64,000 nt of DNA. Origin: Candidatus Ozemobacteraceae bacterium (GTDB lineage Bacteria; Muiribacteriota; Ozemobacteria; Ozemobacterales; Ozemobacteraceae). A program made the translations under genes and the position numbers. Below are positions 38,610 to 48,156 of this stretch, piece after piece (within the stretch, counting starts at the first letter, position 1; each line of letters starts with the position of its first letter). The notes under the pieces were generated by a model that worked only from the letters and a program-made list of their open reading frames with translations, searched no databases and was not told the origin of the DNA. The stretch covers positions 2,720,001 through 2,784,000 of the forward strand of contig OZ223236.1 in assembly GCA_965140445.1 (NCBI GenBank). The letters run 5' to 3'.

Positions 38610-40276
38610 CCTTTATCCCTGCCATAAAAATTATTGCAATTCTTGGCGTAATTATTGGGATTTATTTTTTCCTGGAAGAGCAGATGGACTTGAGTCTGGA
38701 TCTTCGGAAAGCTGGAAAGGATAAAGACGAATCCTCTAAATCTCGTTATTTACAGAGCGTAACAGGAGCTACTTTAGAAGATCAGCTTATAGAAGTTCTT
38801 CTAATGGTCAGTTCAAGTTTAAAAGCCGGAAGAAACCTTGATCAGGCTTTTGAGCTCGTTGCTGTTTCCACACCTCCTCCAATCTGCAACGAGTTTAGAA
38901 CACTGGTTCAGGAACGACGACTTGGTGTGCCAATGGTTGAAGCTCTTGGTAATCTTGCCATGCGTGTTCCCAGCCCTGATTTAAAACTGGCTGTCAATGC
39001 CACTATTTTTCAGCAGGAAACAGGCGGAAATCTAGAAGATCTTTACAGACAGATTGTTTTGACTGTTAGCGAAAGAAAAAAGATTATGGGAAAAGTTATA
39101 GCAGGAACTGCTCATGCTAGACTTTCTGGAAACCTTGTTGGCTCCATTCCTCTTGTTCTTGCTGCAGTTATTTCAACTTTTCATCCAAAATATCTACTTC
39201 CAATGCTTCAAAATCCTTATGGTCAGGTTGTTATAATTCTTTCATTGTCCGCGGCCATATTTGGTTTGATTTTCATTAATAGAATGACTTCTTCGATTCT
39301 TCCTGATGCTGAAGAAGCAATGATTACCACTAACGAAGCCAGAGCCCGAGGCCAAAAAAGATGGAAATTGATTCGACCATTACTGAATGTATTTGCAGGA
39401 ATTAATAAAAGTATACCTGGTGACTGGTTTAAGAAAGTTAGAATGGAAGTAAAGTTTCTGCTAGAGGCTGCTAATAAAGCAGGAGAATTTACTGCTGATG
39501 AATATCTTGGATTCATGGAAATTTCGGCAATTATTTTCCTTTGTCTCGTATTCATATTCTTAAATCCGATTCAACTTGGCTTGCTTGGCTGGGTTGTTCT
39601 GGTTCTAATGATTCCAATTGGATTTAGACTTCCCAGGATTTATCTTGCTCATTTAATTAGAAAAAGACAGAAAAATATTGAATTTGAACTTCCTTATATA
39701 ATTGATCTGCTTTCTCTTGCTATTGAGTCTGGGCTTGATCTTATCGGTGGTATTCAAAAGGTAGTTGAGAAATCAAGAAATACTGATATCATCGTCGAGT
39801 TTAAAATGTTCCTTTCAGATGTGAAAGTCGGGAAAAGTCTTGAGGAATCGCTTGCTGATATGGCAGAAAGAGTTCGTGTTTTGTCTTTTTTCTCCTTTGT
39901 GAGCTCTCTGATACAAGCACAAAGACTTGGCGCTGAAATAGGGCCAACTTTAAGGGCTCAAGCTGAACAAATGAGATATCAGAGAATGATTTTTGCAGAA
40001 GAGCGGGTAAATAAACTTCCTGTAAAACTTCTAATTCCTCTCGTATTCTTTATTTTCCCGAGTATTTCTGTTTTGTTGATTGGCCCTGCGGTTCTTCAGG
40101 TTCAACAAAAATTCCCAACAATTGGTGGACAGGTTTCGGCAAGTCCAGTATCTACAACCACCACAGGATTAAATAAAAAAGTTGAAGTTAATCTTGAAGA
40201 GGGATTTCTTGGCAGCAAATTAAAGGGAAATGAAAAGTCAATTAAGCTTAAAAAGAACTTTGATTCAGCAAATTAA
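38606..40276 (+). CDS. TadB-TadC fusion (two T2SSF/GspF-type domains)
   Basis: TadB-like 'SSLKAG...QQETGGNL' and TadC-like 'LPYIIDLL..AIESG...LIQAQRLG..I...LR.QA...KLPVKL.IPLV.FIFP' in one ORF; ATGA overlap with the ATPase gene. Confidence 0.85.
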   Translation: MTFIPAIKIIAILGVIIGIYFFLEEQMDLSLDLRKAGKDKDESSKSRYLQSVTGATLEDQLIEVLLMVSSSLKAGRNLDQAFELVAVSTPPPICNEFRTLVQERRLGVPMVEALGNLAMRVPSPDLKLAVNATIFQQETGGNLEDLYRQIVLTVSERKKIMGKVIAGTAHARLSGNLVGSIPLVLAAVISTFHPKYLLPMLQNPYGQVVIILSLSAAIFGLIFINRMTSSILPDAEEAMITTNEARARGQKRWKLIRPLLNVFAGINKSIPGDWFKKVRMEVKFLLEAANKAGEFTADEYLGFMEISAIIFLCLVFIFLNPIQLGLLGWVVLVLMIPIGFRLPRIYLAHLIRKRQKNIEFELPYIIDLLSLAIESGLDLIGGIQKVVEKSRNTDIIVEFKMFLSDVKVGKSLEESLADMAERVRVLSFFSFVSSLIQAQRLGAEIGPTLRAQAEQMRYQRMIFAEERVNKLPVKLLIPLVFFIFPSISVLLIGPAVLQVQQKFPTIGGQVSASPVSTTTTGLNKKVEVNLEEGFLGSKLKGNEKSIKLKKNFDSAN

Positions 40277-40292
40277 TTGACTTGGGAACGAA

Positions 40293-40799
40293 ATGGTAAA
40301 AAAAATTCTAATTAGCGGTTGTTTAATTGGTTTAAAATGTAATTATAAAGGCGAAGCCTCTTCTGGTAACCAGGAGAGGCTTTTTTCCATTATAAAAAAA
40401 TACGAAGAAAATGGCTATGAGTTCATTCCAGCGTGCCCAGAACAATTAGGGGGGATGCCCACCCCGAGAATCCCTTCAGAGCTGATTTCCACTGCTTCAG
40501 AAATACTATGTGGAAAAGGTAAGGTTATCAGCAAAAATGGGGATGATGTTACTGGATGTTTTGTCAAAGGAGCCAAAGAGGCTTTGTTTTTGGCAAAAAG
40601 ATACAATGTTGTTGGGTGTGTTCTGAAAAGTCGTAGTCCCTCATGTGGAAATAGTAAAATATACGATGGTACATTTAGTGGGGCTTTGATTTCTGGGCGC
40701 GGAGTGACTTCACAGTTGCTTGTAGATTCTGGTTTGATTGTTTTAAACGAGTTGGAGTTTGTTAAAGACGAAAATTGTACGCTTTGTCCTTCCCTTTAA
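40293..40799 (+). CDS. DUF523 / 2-thiouracil desulfurase family protein
   Basis: ISGCLIG..C.Y, CPEQLGGMPTPR, LKSRSPSCG. Confidence 0.88.
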   Translation: MVKKILISGCLIGLKCNYKGEASSGNQERLFSIIKKYEENGYEFIPACPEQLGGMPTPRIPSELISTASEILCGKGKVISKNGDDVTGCFVKGAKEALFLAKRYNVVGCVLKSRSPSCGNSKIYDGTFSGALISGRGVTSQLLVDSGLIVLNELEFVKDENCTLCPSL

Positions 40800-41009
40800 A
40801 AGGCTGAAGCTTTTCTTTTTTGATTTTTTATTTGTACATTTTTGTCTGTGTTTCCGTGTTATTCAGAATACTTTTTATTTATCTTAAAAAAAAGTGCTGC
40901 AACCTCACTCTTAGTAAGGCTTGACAATGTACACTAAAATTATTTTTCGCGGCAAACGTACGCTCTGAGTGAAATCCTCTGTGTACGCCCTTTTAGAGCT
41001 AAAAAAGCG

Positions 41010-41039
41010 TTGACCTCAAGGTTTTGTCTTTGTTATTAT
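41010..41039 (+). promoter_or_regulatory. Sigma70-type promoter
   Basis: TTGACC-N18-TATTAT with extended TG. Confidence 0.4.
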
Positions 41040-41102
41040 CGGCACGTCGAAAGAAAAATTAAATAAACTTTACAATTCTTAAGCGTCTGGGGAAAGATAG
41101 AG

Positions 41103-41672
41103 ATGGGAGCACTTAGCACGTTCAAAGTCATGAAGTCAGAAGATTTTGGGGGAGACACCATAACTTTCAGAACTTCTAGAGTCTGTTCAGTTCTTGGTTT
41201 TTTGTTTTTGGTTGCAGGGCTTGGTATTATTCTGCAACTTTGGTCAGGTAAACACCTTTTAACCATGCCATGGTTTTGTGTGATTTGTTTTGTGGTTTCA
41301 CTCGGTTTTATAATGGCTGGACTGATTCTGGTCAGTTATCGTAAATACGTAACATTATCTAAGACAGCCCAGAAAATTGAATTAACAGAGTCCAGTATTC
41401 TTGGAGTTCGAGCTACTGCTTTCCATTTTAACGAAATTACTAATTTTGAATTAACGAAAGATTGCGAATGTCTATTTTCAACACATGCCAATTTATGGGT
41501 AATTAAGGCATATGTAGAGCATGGAAAATCAATTAGTGTCGAAAAGCTTTTTGCTTCGATTTCTCCGGTTGAAGCAAAAAAGGCTGCTGAAACTCTTTCA
41601 TTTTGCGTTGGCAGAGAACTTGTAATAAGTTGTAAGCCAAATGAAAGGTTAATTTTTAGCCATATTAATTAA
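41103..41672 (+). CDS. Hypothetical membrane protein (two TM helices plus soluble C-domain)
   Basis: 189 aa ORF with two hydrophobic segments; terminator follows. Confidence 0.6.
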   Translation: MGALSTFKVMKSEDFGGDTITFRTSRVCSVLGFLFLVAGLGIILQLWSGKHLLTMPWFCVICFVVSLGFIMAGLILVSYRKYVTLSKTAQKIELTESSILGVRATAFHFNEITNFELTKDCECLFSTHANLWVIKAYVEHGKSISVEKLFASISPVEAKKAAETLSFCVGRELVISCKPNERLIFSHIN

Positions 41673-41723
41673 AATAATTTACTCTCTCTCGTAAAAATCT
41701 CAGAAAATACCCTACAATTTAAA

Positions 41724-41755
41724 AGCTGACTAAAGACTTGCGCCTTTAGTCAGCT
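41724..41755. terminator. Terminator between convergent genes
   Basis: AGCTGACTAAAG/CTTTAGTCAGCT 12-bp stem with T-tract. Confidence 0.8.
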
Positions 41756-41808
41756 ATTTTTTTATTGGAGCGAATTTAGTAAAAAATCAAATCCTGATAG
41801 ATTAAATC

Positions 41809-43038
41809 CTATCGTCTGTATTTGGGCTTTTTGCTTAAAATTCTTCTAATTCTTTCTTTCTTTAATCTAAGAATTTCAGTTAGAGATTGGATGTCGGATC
41901 TCTGAGCCAGTCTACTCTTAGGCGCCACTGGTGATGTTAGGTTCAAACTTTTAAGAGCTTCATGGATGATTCCTACGGTTTCAAACCAGGTAACATTTTC
42001 ATCACCAACAAATTTACCATTTGGATAACCCATTGTGATTCCATGCTTTGCTAATACGGCCAGCGCTTCAGCTTCTGAACTGCCAACTGAAACGTCAATG
42101 TATGATGAGGAAGCTGAAGAATCATATTTGTCGCTTCCTGAAATTGTTAGTAGATACTCGATTAGCATTGCAAGTTCTCTTCTCTCAAGGCCATGGAAAG
42201 GCTTTCTATCGCCAAAGAGAGTTTTTAATCTGATTGGATCAGATTTTGCATGCTGCCGGATAAGAATTCCTTCTACCAGATCAGTAGCTTCTTTTATGGA
42301 GATATATGAGTTTCCGTCAAAGCAGGGTCTCAACATAACTCTGTCAAAAGCACCAGCAGATGTTAAATCTTTAATACTATTCATTATTGGATGACTTAAA
42401 GAAATGTCTACGAATTTGATTCCTGAAAAGCTATTGTTTTTTACCATTAATTCTGCTGAGCTTGCTTCATAAAATCGAAATAGAAAGTATACAGCTTCTT
42501 TTCCGGAAAGAGATTTTCTTGCTCCCAGGCTTCCGTTGGGGTAGCCTCTGACAACATATCTTTTCTGAAGGTATGACATTGCTGCATAATATTTTTCAGG
42601 AACTTTGTAGTCCCGATAATTATCTGGTTTTCCTGATTCAAGATCTACAAGATGCAAGTCATGGAGCTTTAGGCATGCTCTGCTGATTGCTTCAATTGCT
42701 GTTTTTCTTGTGATAGTTTGCTGCGTAGGGTAAGAGTTAAAAATTCCAGATTTTTTCAAATCTTTAAGCGTTTCAATTTGGTTCACTCCAAGTAGGTTTA
42801 CTACCTGAACCAATTGTTGACCAAAATCGCCTCTTCGAATTTTGTGGTTTAGACTTCCATTGAAACATTTTTCATATTTTACAATTCCAATTTCCGTTCC
42901 TAAACGCAATTCCCTTGGTAACCTACTTACAGCTAAGCCTGCAAATACATTTCCGAAAATTCCGTTGCTGGAAAAAATTCCAAAGCACAAAAATGCCAGA
43001 AAAACTCCATAGAGATAGTATCTGTTTGCCTCTTTCAT
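41809..43038 (-). CDS. S-layer homology (SLH) domain-containing exported protein
   Basis: N-terminal signal/TM; 'VVRGYPNGSL', 'ITMGYPNGKF', 'FVDISLSHP', 'ITRKTA' SLH-like motifs. Confidence 0.7.
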   Translation of the reverse strand: MKEANRYYLYGVFLAFLCFGIFSSNGIFGNVFAGLAVSRLPRELRLGTEIGIVKYEKCFNGSLNHKIRRGDFGQQLVQVVNLLGVNQIETLKDLKKSGIFNSYPTQQTITRKTAIEAISRACLKLHDLHLVDLESGKPDNYRDYKVPEKYYAAMSYLQKRYVVRGYPNGSLGARKSLSGKEAVYFLFRFYEASSAELMVKNNSFSGIKFVDISLSHPIMNSIKDLTSAGAFDRVMLRPCFDGNSYISIKEATDLVEGILIRQHAKSDPIRLKTLFGDRKPFHGLERRELAMLIEYLLTISGSDKYDSSASSSYIDVSVGSSEAEALAVLAKHGITMGYPNGKFVGDENVTWFETVGIIHEALKSLNLTSPVAPKSRLAQRSDIQSLTEILRLKKERIRRILSKKPKYRR

Positions 43039-43074
43039 TATTTGTTTGACTCCAATATTTATGATCTAGAAGGT

Positions 43075-43102
43075 CTATCGGCATTGATCTAATTAGAGTT
43101 TA
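43075..43102 (-). promoter_or_regulatory. Sigma28-like promoter upstream of the SLH gene
   Basis: Minus strand TAAA-N16-GCCGATAG. Confidence 0.45.
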
Positions 43103-43695
43103 GAGGTTTTCTTTGAAAAAATTGCAAATATCATAGATATCCAGAAAGCTAAAAGACTTAATACAATTCCCGATTTTCCTGATATGGTAGATGCATAATT
43201 GAAACTGGAATGAAATATTATAGCTGGAACTATGAAAATAGTTTTTTTGTGAATTGAAACAGCTTGGATGCCATGAAAAGATTGGGTAAAGAAGAATCTA
43301 AAAACTAACAATTTTGTATTACACATTCCAAAGGCAATAAACAAAATAGTTTCAAAAAAGCCAATGAAATAGCCGGCTTTAAAAGCAGAATGGCTATTTT
43401 CCACATTTAAATATTCTAAGATAATTAGCCTTAAGAATTCTTCTGTAACTGGGACTATCAAGCAAAGACTTATAAGCGTAGAAGCATTAAAAAATTTGGA
43501 AATCGCAGTTTCAAAGAAAATAGCAAAACCTGCTATTAAAGAAGCGCTTATTGCGAGCTTCAATATCCAGCGAAAATTTTCCTTTGATTCGGTAATCTGA
43601 TTGTAAGCCCCAATAAAACAAAAAGAAGCAATTGTATAAATAGCCAAATACTCGAAATTCAAAAAAAACCGCCTAAAGATTTGATATGCAGACAT
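43093..43695 (-). CDS. PrsW-like glutamic-type intramembrane protease
   Basis: PVTEEFLR, GFFET, FHG and HSSFN motifs in a polytopic membrane protein. Confidence 0.65.
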   Translation of the reverse strand: MSAYQIFRRFFLNFEYLAIYTIASFCFIGAYNQITESKENFRWILKLAISASLIAGFAIFFETAISKFFNASTLISLCLIVPVTEEFLRLIILEYLNVENSHSAFKAGYFIGFFETILFIAFGMCNTKLLVFRFFFTQSFHGIQAVSIHKKTIFIVPAIIFHSSFNYASTISGKSGIVLSLLAFWISMIFAIFSKKTSKL

Positions 43696-43910
43696 GCTTT
43701 GTGCTTAAGAATAACATCGGCAGATCTAGCAACCTCTACTAATTTAGGAAAAAAGAATTAAAATTTGAAAGTTAAAATCGCCATAAAAACTTTTAGTAAA
43801 TAGTTTTAAAACAAATTAGTAAGTTATAAAACATAAATGCAATAAAATGCATGGCAAATAGTAATCTAAAAAGTGCTATAATAGCGAAATATAATGCAGG
43901 AGGCGATGTA

Positions 43911-46469
43911 ATGAAGTTTTCGCTTAAAGGTTTTAGAATTTGTGTTTTAATTTTTTCCTTAATAGGGCTTTTTTCCTTTTCACCAGCTTATTGTGAAGAA
44001 GGAAAAGTTTTTGAGCTGTCAAACGGATTGTCTGTTTTTGTTAAACCATTAAAAACAGCGCCTGTGGTAGCAATAAATATTTGGATCAAAGTTGGCGCAG
44101 TTAATGAAGAAAAGGGCGAAGAAGGTTATGCGCATTTAATTGAACACATGATGTTTAAAGGCACTCCTTCTCATCCTTATGGAAGCCTTGATAATGAGAT
44201 TAAAACCATGGGAGCGTCTCAGAATGCATTTACCTCTTATGACTATACGTGCTACCACGTTACTGGAGCGAAACAGCATTTTGACAAACTTCTTGAGCTT
44301 GAGGCTGATGCGGTTCTAAATAGCTCATTTGATGCAAACGAACTCGATAAAGAAAAGAAAGTTGTAATTGAAGAACTTCGCATGGGAAAAGATAATTCCA
44401 ACCATAGGGTTTTTGATCTTTTAATGGCTGAATCATTTACAACTCATCCTTATAGACACCCAATTGTTGGATATATTAATAACCTGGAAGAAGTGACCAG
44501 AGAAAAGCTTTATTCTTTCTACAGAAAATTTTATGTTCCATCTAATATGTGGGTTGTGGTTGTTGGAGACGTAGATCCGGACCAGGCGTTTGAATCTATT
44601 AAGAAACAATTTGGCAGCGCGCCTAAAGTTCCAAAACCAACACAAATTATAAAAGAAGAACCTTTGCAGACAAGCAGAAGAGAAGTTCAGGCTTTTGGTG
44701 ATATTAAGCAGTCCTTTGTCAGACTTGGATGGAGAGCGCCTGGTATATCAAATCCTGATAACTACACTATGGATGTTATTACTAGAATAGTTGGGGTGGG
44801 AAAATCCTCTCGTTTGCAAAAAACTCTTGTAGATGATGAACAGATTGCCATTGCAGCTGGATGTAATTACTATACCAGCCAATTTCCTTCTCTTTTTATC
44901 GCTGCTGGTGTAACCACTCCTGGAAATACACGAAAATTCATTGAGAGAGCTTCTCAGATTGTATATGAAATGAAGAACGGTGAAATTAGTTCTGAGGAAA
45001 TTGAAAAAGCCAAACAGAAAATTATAGCAGATTCTTTATTTTCAAATGAAACAGCTGAGGATCAGGCAACTAATTATGGCCACTATGCAACATTAACCAG
45101 CCTTGATGATGCTGATAAGTATGTTTCCAGAATAAAAGCCGTATCTATTGATGATATTAAGAGAGTTGCTAATCTTTATTTTGATGATTCAAAACTTACT
45201 GTAGCAACCTATGAACCTAAAAGACCCGAAGCAGATGCTGTTCCAGTAATGCTTACTCTTGATAACGGGTTAAGATTAATTCTCAAAGAAAATCATAGTT
45301 CTCCGATCGTAGCTGTTTCTGTTAAAGTTGGTGCCGGTGGTCTTAGAGAAGGTAAGAAGGAAGCCGGGCTGGGCAACTTAACTCTTCAACTCCTTGCTAA
45401 AGGGGCTAATAAGCTTACTGCAGAAGAGATTGCTGAAAAATTTGACGCAATGGGCACAATTTATTCCGCTGAAAGTAGCAAAAGCTTTGTAACTCTTAAG
45501 CTTCAAGCCCTTAGTGAAAAGTTTATCCCGTCATTGGATCTCTTGATGGATATCCTTGAAAAACCCGATTTTGAAAAGGACGAATTTAACAAAGCTGTAA
45601 AACAAGCTATTGAAGGGCTTAAATATGAAAACGACCAGCTTTTTTATTCTACCCTTTACGGAACACTTGAAAAAGCTTTTGATGGAACGCCTTTAGCATA
45701 TCCAACTGATGGGACGATTAAAGATCTCGAAAAAATGAATCGAAGTGATGTAAAAGAATTCCATAAAAAATATTATGTTGGATCAAATATGGTAATTTCA
45801 ATTGTTGGAGATTTTTACCTTAAAGAGGTTAAAGATAAGCTTCTCGAAACTTTTGGAAGAATTTCAAAAGGCCGTGAAAAAGATTTAAAACCTTTCAAAC
45901 TTGATGAAATCAAAGAGCCTGTTATTGTTGATATGCAAAAAAATCGTGAGCAGGCACAGATAATGTATTTGTGTCGTACTTTTCCCGATAGCAGTGAAAA
46001 GTCTCTTCCAATGCTTGCCTTAAATAATATTCTCTCAGGGAGCATGTCTTCAAGATTATTTAAGAACTTAAGAGCAAAAGATTCTCTAGCCTATTCAACC
46101 TGGTCGTGGAATGTTGGCTATTTAAATGCTGGTTATTTTATGGCAACGTTAAGCACTGCAGCCAATAAAGTTGCCACTGCCACAAAGCGTTTAAAGGAAG
46201 AACTGGTTAGTATTAGAGATGAAAGCTTTACTGATAAAGAACTTGAAGATGCTAAAAAATACCTTATCGGACAAAAAGCTTTAAGTCTTGTTTCCAATCT
46301 ATCTCAGGCAGATGATTTTGCTGGAAACGAATTTTTTGGAAAAGGCTATGATTATTCATTCAAGTATCCTAAGTTAATTGCATCAATTACCAGATTACAG
46401 GTAGAGACTGTGGCGAAAGATTATATCTTGGCCAGCGACACCTACTTTCTTGGGGTTACTAAGCCTTAA
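43911..46469 (+). CDS. M16 (pitrilysin) family zinc peptidase, two-module fusion, exported
   Basis: HLIEH (HxxEH) motif, NAFTS, second non-catalytic module with SRLF..LR; ATG 43911 with GGAGG SD and signal peptide. Confidence 0.92.
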   Translation: MKFSLKGFRICVLIFSLIGLFSFSPAYCEEGKVFELSNGLSVFVKPLKTAPVVAINIWIKVGAVNEEKGEEGYAHLIEHMMFKGTPSHPYGSLDNEIKTMGASQNAFTSYDYTCYHVTGAKQHFDKLLELEADAVLNSSFDANELDKEKKVVIEELRMGKDNSNHRVFDLLMAESFTTHPYRHPIVGYINNLEEVTREKLYSFYRKFYVPSNMWVVVVGDVDPDQAFESIKKQFGSAPKVPKPTQIIKEEPLQTSRREVQAFGDIKQSFVRLGWRAPGISNPDNYTMDVITRIVGVGKSSRLQKTLVDDEQIAIAAGCNYYTSQFPSLFIAAGVTTPGNTRKFIERASQIVYEMKNGEISSEEIEKAKQKIIADSLFSNETAEDQATNYGHYATLTSLDDADKYVSRIKAVSIDDIKRVANLYFDDSKLTVATYEPKRPEADAVPVMLTLDNGLRLILKENHSSPIVAVSVKVGAGGLREGKKEAGLGNLTLQLLAKGANKLTAEEIAEKFDAMGTIYSAESSKSFVTLKLQALSEKFIPSLDLLMDILEKPDFEKDEFNKAVKQAIEGLKYENDQLFYSTLYGTLEKAFDGTPLAYPTDGTIKDLEKMNRSDVKEFHKKYYVGSNMVISIVGDFYLKEVKDKLLETFGRISKGREKDLKPFKLDEIKEPVIVDMQKNREQAQIMYLCRTFPDSSEKSLPMLALNNILSGSMSSRLFKNLRAKDSLAYSTWSWNVGYLNAGYFMATLSTAANKVATATKRLKEELVSIRDESFTDKELEDAKKYLIGQKALSLVSNLSQADDFAGNEFFGKGYDYSFKYPKLIASITRLQVETVAKDYILASDTYFLGVTKP

Positions 46470-46485
46470 ATTCCAGTTAAAATAG

Positions 46486-46520
46486 AAAACTCCGCTCAAT
46501 GTTTATTTGAGCGGAGTTTT
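46486..46520. terminator. Bidirectional terminator
   Basis: AAAACTCCGCTCAA/TTGAGCGGAGTTTT 14-bp stem. Confidence 0.85.
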
Positions 46521-46539
46521 TTTGTGGATGATTATCTGT

Positions 46540-46881
46540 TTACTGTTTTTTTACAAACTCAGACTTAAGCTTCATTGGCCCAATTCCTGGAATTTTACAG
46601 TCAATATTGTGATCCCCTTCAACTAGTCGAATGTTTTTTACTTTGGTGCCAACTTTGACTACTGAAGAAGTCCCTTTAATTTTTAAATCCTTAATAACGG
46701 TGATGCTATCGCCATCTACCAATGTATTCCCATTTGCATCAACATACTTTGTTTCGGTTTCTGAGGCCGATGAATCAGCACTGGCAGACCACTCATGGGC
46801 GCACTCGGGGCAAATAAACATAATTCCATCCTGATATGTATATTCACATTCACATTTTGGGCAATTAGGCATATCGTTCAT
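46540..46881 (-). CDS. yjdM: Zinc-ribbon protein YjdM/PhnA family
   Basis: CPKC..EYTY.DG...[17 protein letters not shown]...[15 protein letters not shown]. Confidence 0.9.
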   Translation of the reverse strand: MNDMPNCPKCECEYTYQDGIMFICPECAHEWSASADSSASETETKYVDANGNTLVDGDSITVIKDLKIKGTSSVVKVGTKVKNIRLVEGDHNIDCKIPGIGPMKLKSEFVKKQ

Positions 46882-46924
46882 ATTGTGTCCTTATCTAATG
46901 AAAAATTTTGTAGTAGCTAAATGT

Positions 46925-47518
46925 TTATCGTTTTATTCCAATAATGTAAACATGTTTAGCTGGCCATTGATCAATTTCCAGGTGTCTGCAACTTACCCCA
47001 TTGGCCGATAGAATCCTTAAATTGCCATCAATTCCTATGGAGCTGTAATGAAAAGTGTCATCGTGCCATGTGTCATCATGCTCTCCATTTGCGTCTCCAA
47101 AAGTATAGATTAATGTTCCATCTTTGGCCAGTAGATTGCAAAGCTTTGTGACAACAGGTTCCTGTTTATCCAATGGAAGGTGAAAAATACTGTCCCAGGC
47201 TACAATAAAGTCAAATTTTTCAGTTGTTTCAAAATTACAAATATCCTGAACAAAAAATTGATCATTTGGGTGATTTTTCCTGGCAAGTTTAATCATTTCT
47301 TTGGAAACATCTAACCCTGTAATCTGGAAATTGTGCTGCTGAAGTATGCGAACGAACCTGCCCCCAGCTCCGCAACCTACGTCCAGAGCTTTTCCATTCT
47401 TAGAGGAATAGGCGACTGCTTTTTCAAATTGATTTATTCCGTAATCAGAATTTCGATGTCTCTCATCCCACCAAGTGGCTATTTTATCGTATTTAATACC
47501 AAGAATTTTAGGTTCCAT
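46925..47518 (-). CDS. Class I SAM-dependent methyltransferase
   Basis: LDVGCGAG, GLDVS..MI, FDFIVAWDSIFHLP. Confidence 0.88.
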   Translation of the reverse strand: MEPKILGIKYDKIATWWDERHRNSDYGINQFEKAVAYSSKNGKALDVGCGAGGRFVRILQQHNFQITGLDVSKEMIKLARKNHPNDQFFVQDICNFETTEKFDFIVAWDSIFHLPLDKQEPVVTKLCNLLAKDGTLIYTFGDANGEHDDTWHDDTFHYSSIGIDGNLRILSANGVSCRHLEIDQWPAKHVYIIGIKR

Positions 47519-47526
47519 TTTTCTCT

Positions 47527-47952
47527 CTATTCTGTTTTTCTAAACGGAAGCTTTATTGCGTCCCAAAGCGACTGGGTAACAATCAAACCGGGAAGCAAAA
47601 TAAGTGAAAGCGTTAACAGGCCTCTGTTTACATTGTCTGAGCCAGTAAATGGGTTATCGACGGTTTGTCCACGACTATTCACCATTCCAAGGTTGTTCAT
47701 GTCTGGCATGGGTCTGACAAAAAAAGCGAAAAAAAGGTAAACAAAAAGACCATAAACAGCATACATCCACTCTTTTAACGTAGATGGGGAAAAATATTCT
47801 TTTACTGCATAAAAGTATAAGCAAATCAGGATTATGGATACTATCAGGCCGACAACTATTGTCCATGGTTTTCTTTGAGGAGAAGGCTCTGGAGTTACTC
47901 CAAGGCTTCCCTGGCTGTTGTTCAAAACATTTTTATGACCAAAAATACTCAT
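47527..47952 (-). CDS. Hypothetical membrane protein
   Basis: Three hydrophobic segments; 'P.PD..NLG...DNPF..SDN.NR' motif; GAGG SD. Confidence 0.6.
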   Translation of the reverse strand: MSIFGHKNVLNNSQGSLGVTPEPSPQRKPWTIVVGLIVSIILICLYFYAVKEYFSPSTLKEWMYAVYGLFVYLFFAFFVRPMPDMNNLGMVNSRGQTVDNPFTGSDNVNRGLLTLSLILLPGLIVTQSLWDAIKLPFRKTE

Positions 47953-48156
47953 TGAAAACTATTCCTCTGGATGATCAAAGTAATAATAAAGGTAGCAGAT
48001 GATTCTAATTAAAACAAATTCAGCATTTGAACTTTATTAGCTTTCGATTCGCTACTTGTTGATAACTTTTTTTGATTTGAAAAAAGCTTTTTGCATGCTA
48101 AGTTCAAATTGAATAGAAAAGTAGTTTTAACAAAAATTTTGGGAGGAATACCGGGA

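Noticed and set aside
40950..41010. c-di-GMP-I riboswitch resemblance (GGCAAAC...GAAA...ACGC)
   Set aside because: Spacing is wrong, and the conserved GCAAA junction and second stem are missing
41113..41140. CIRCE half-site TTAGCAC
   Set aside because: No matching right arm, and it is inside a coding region
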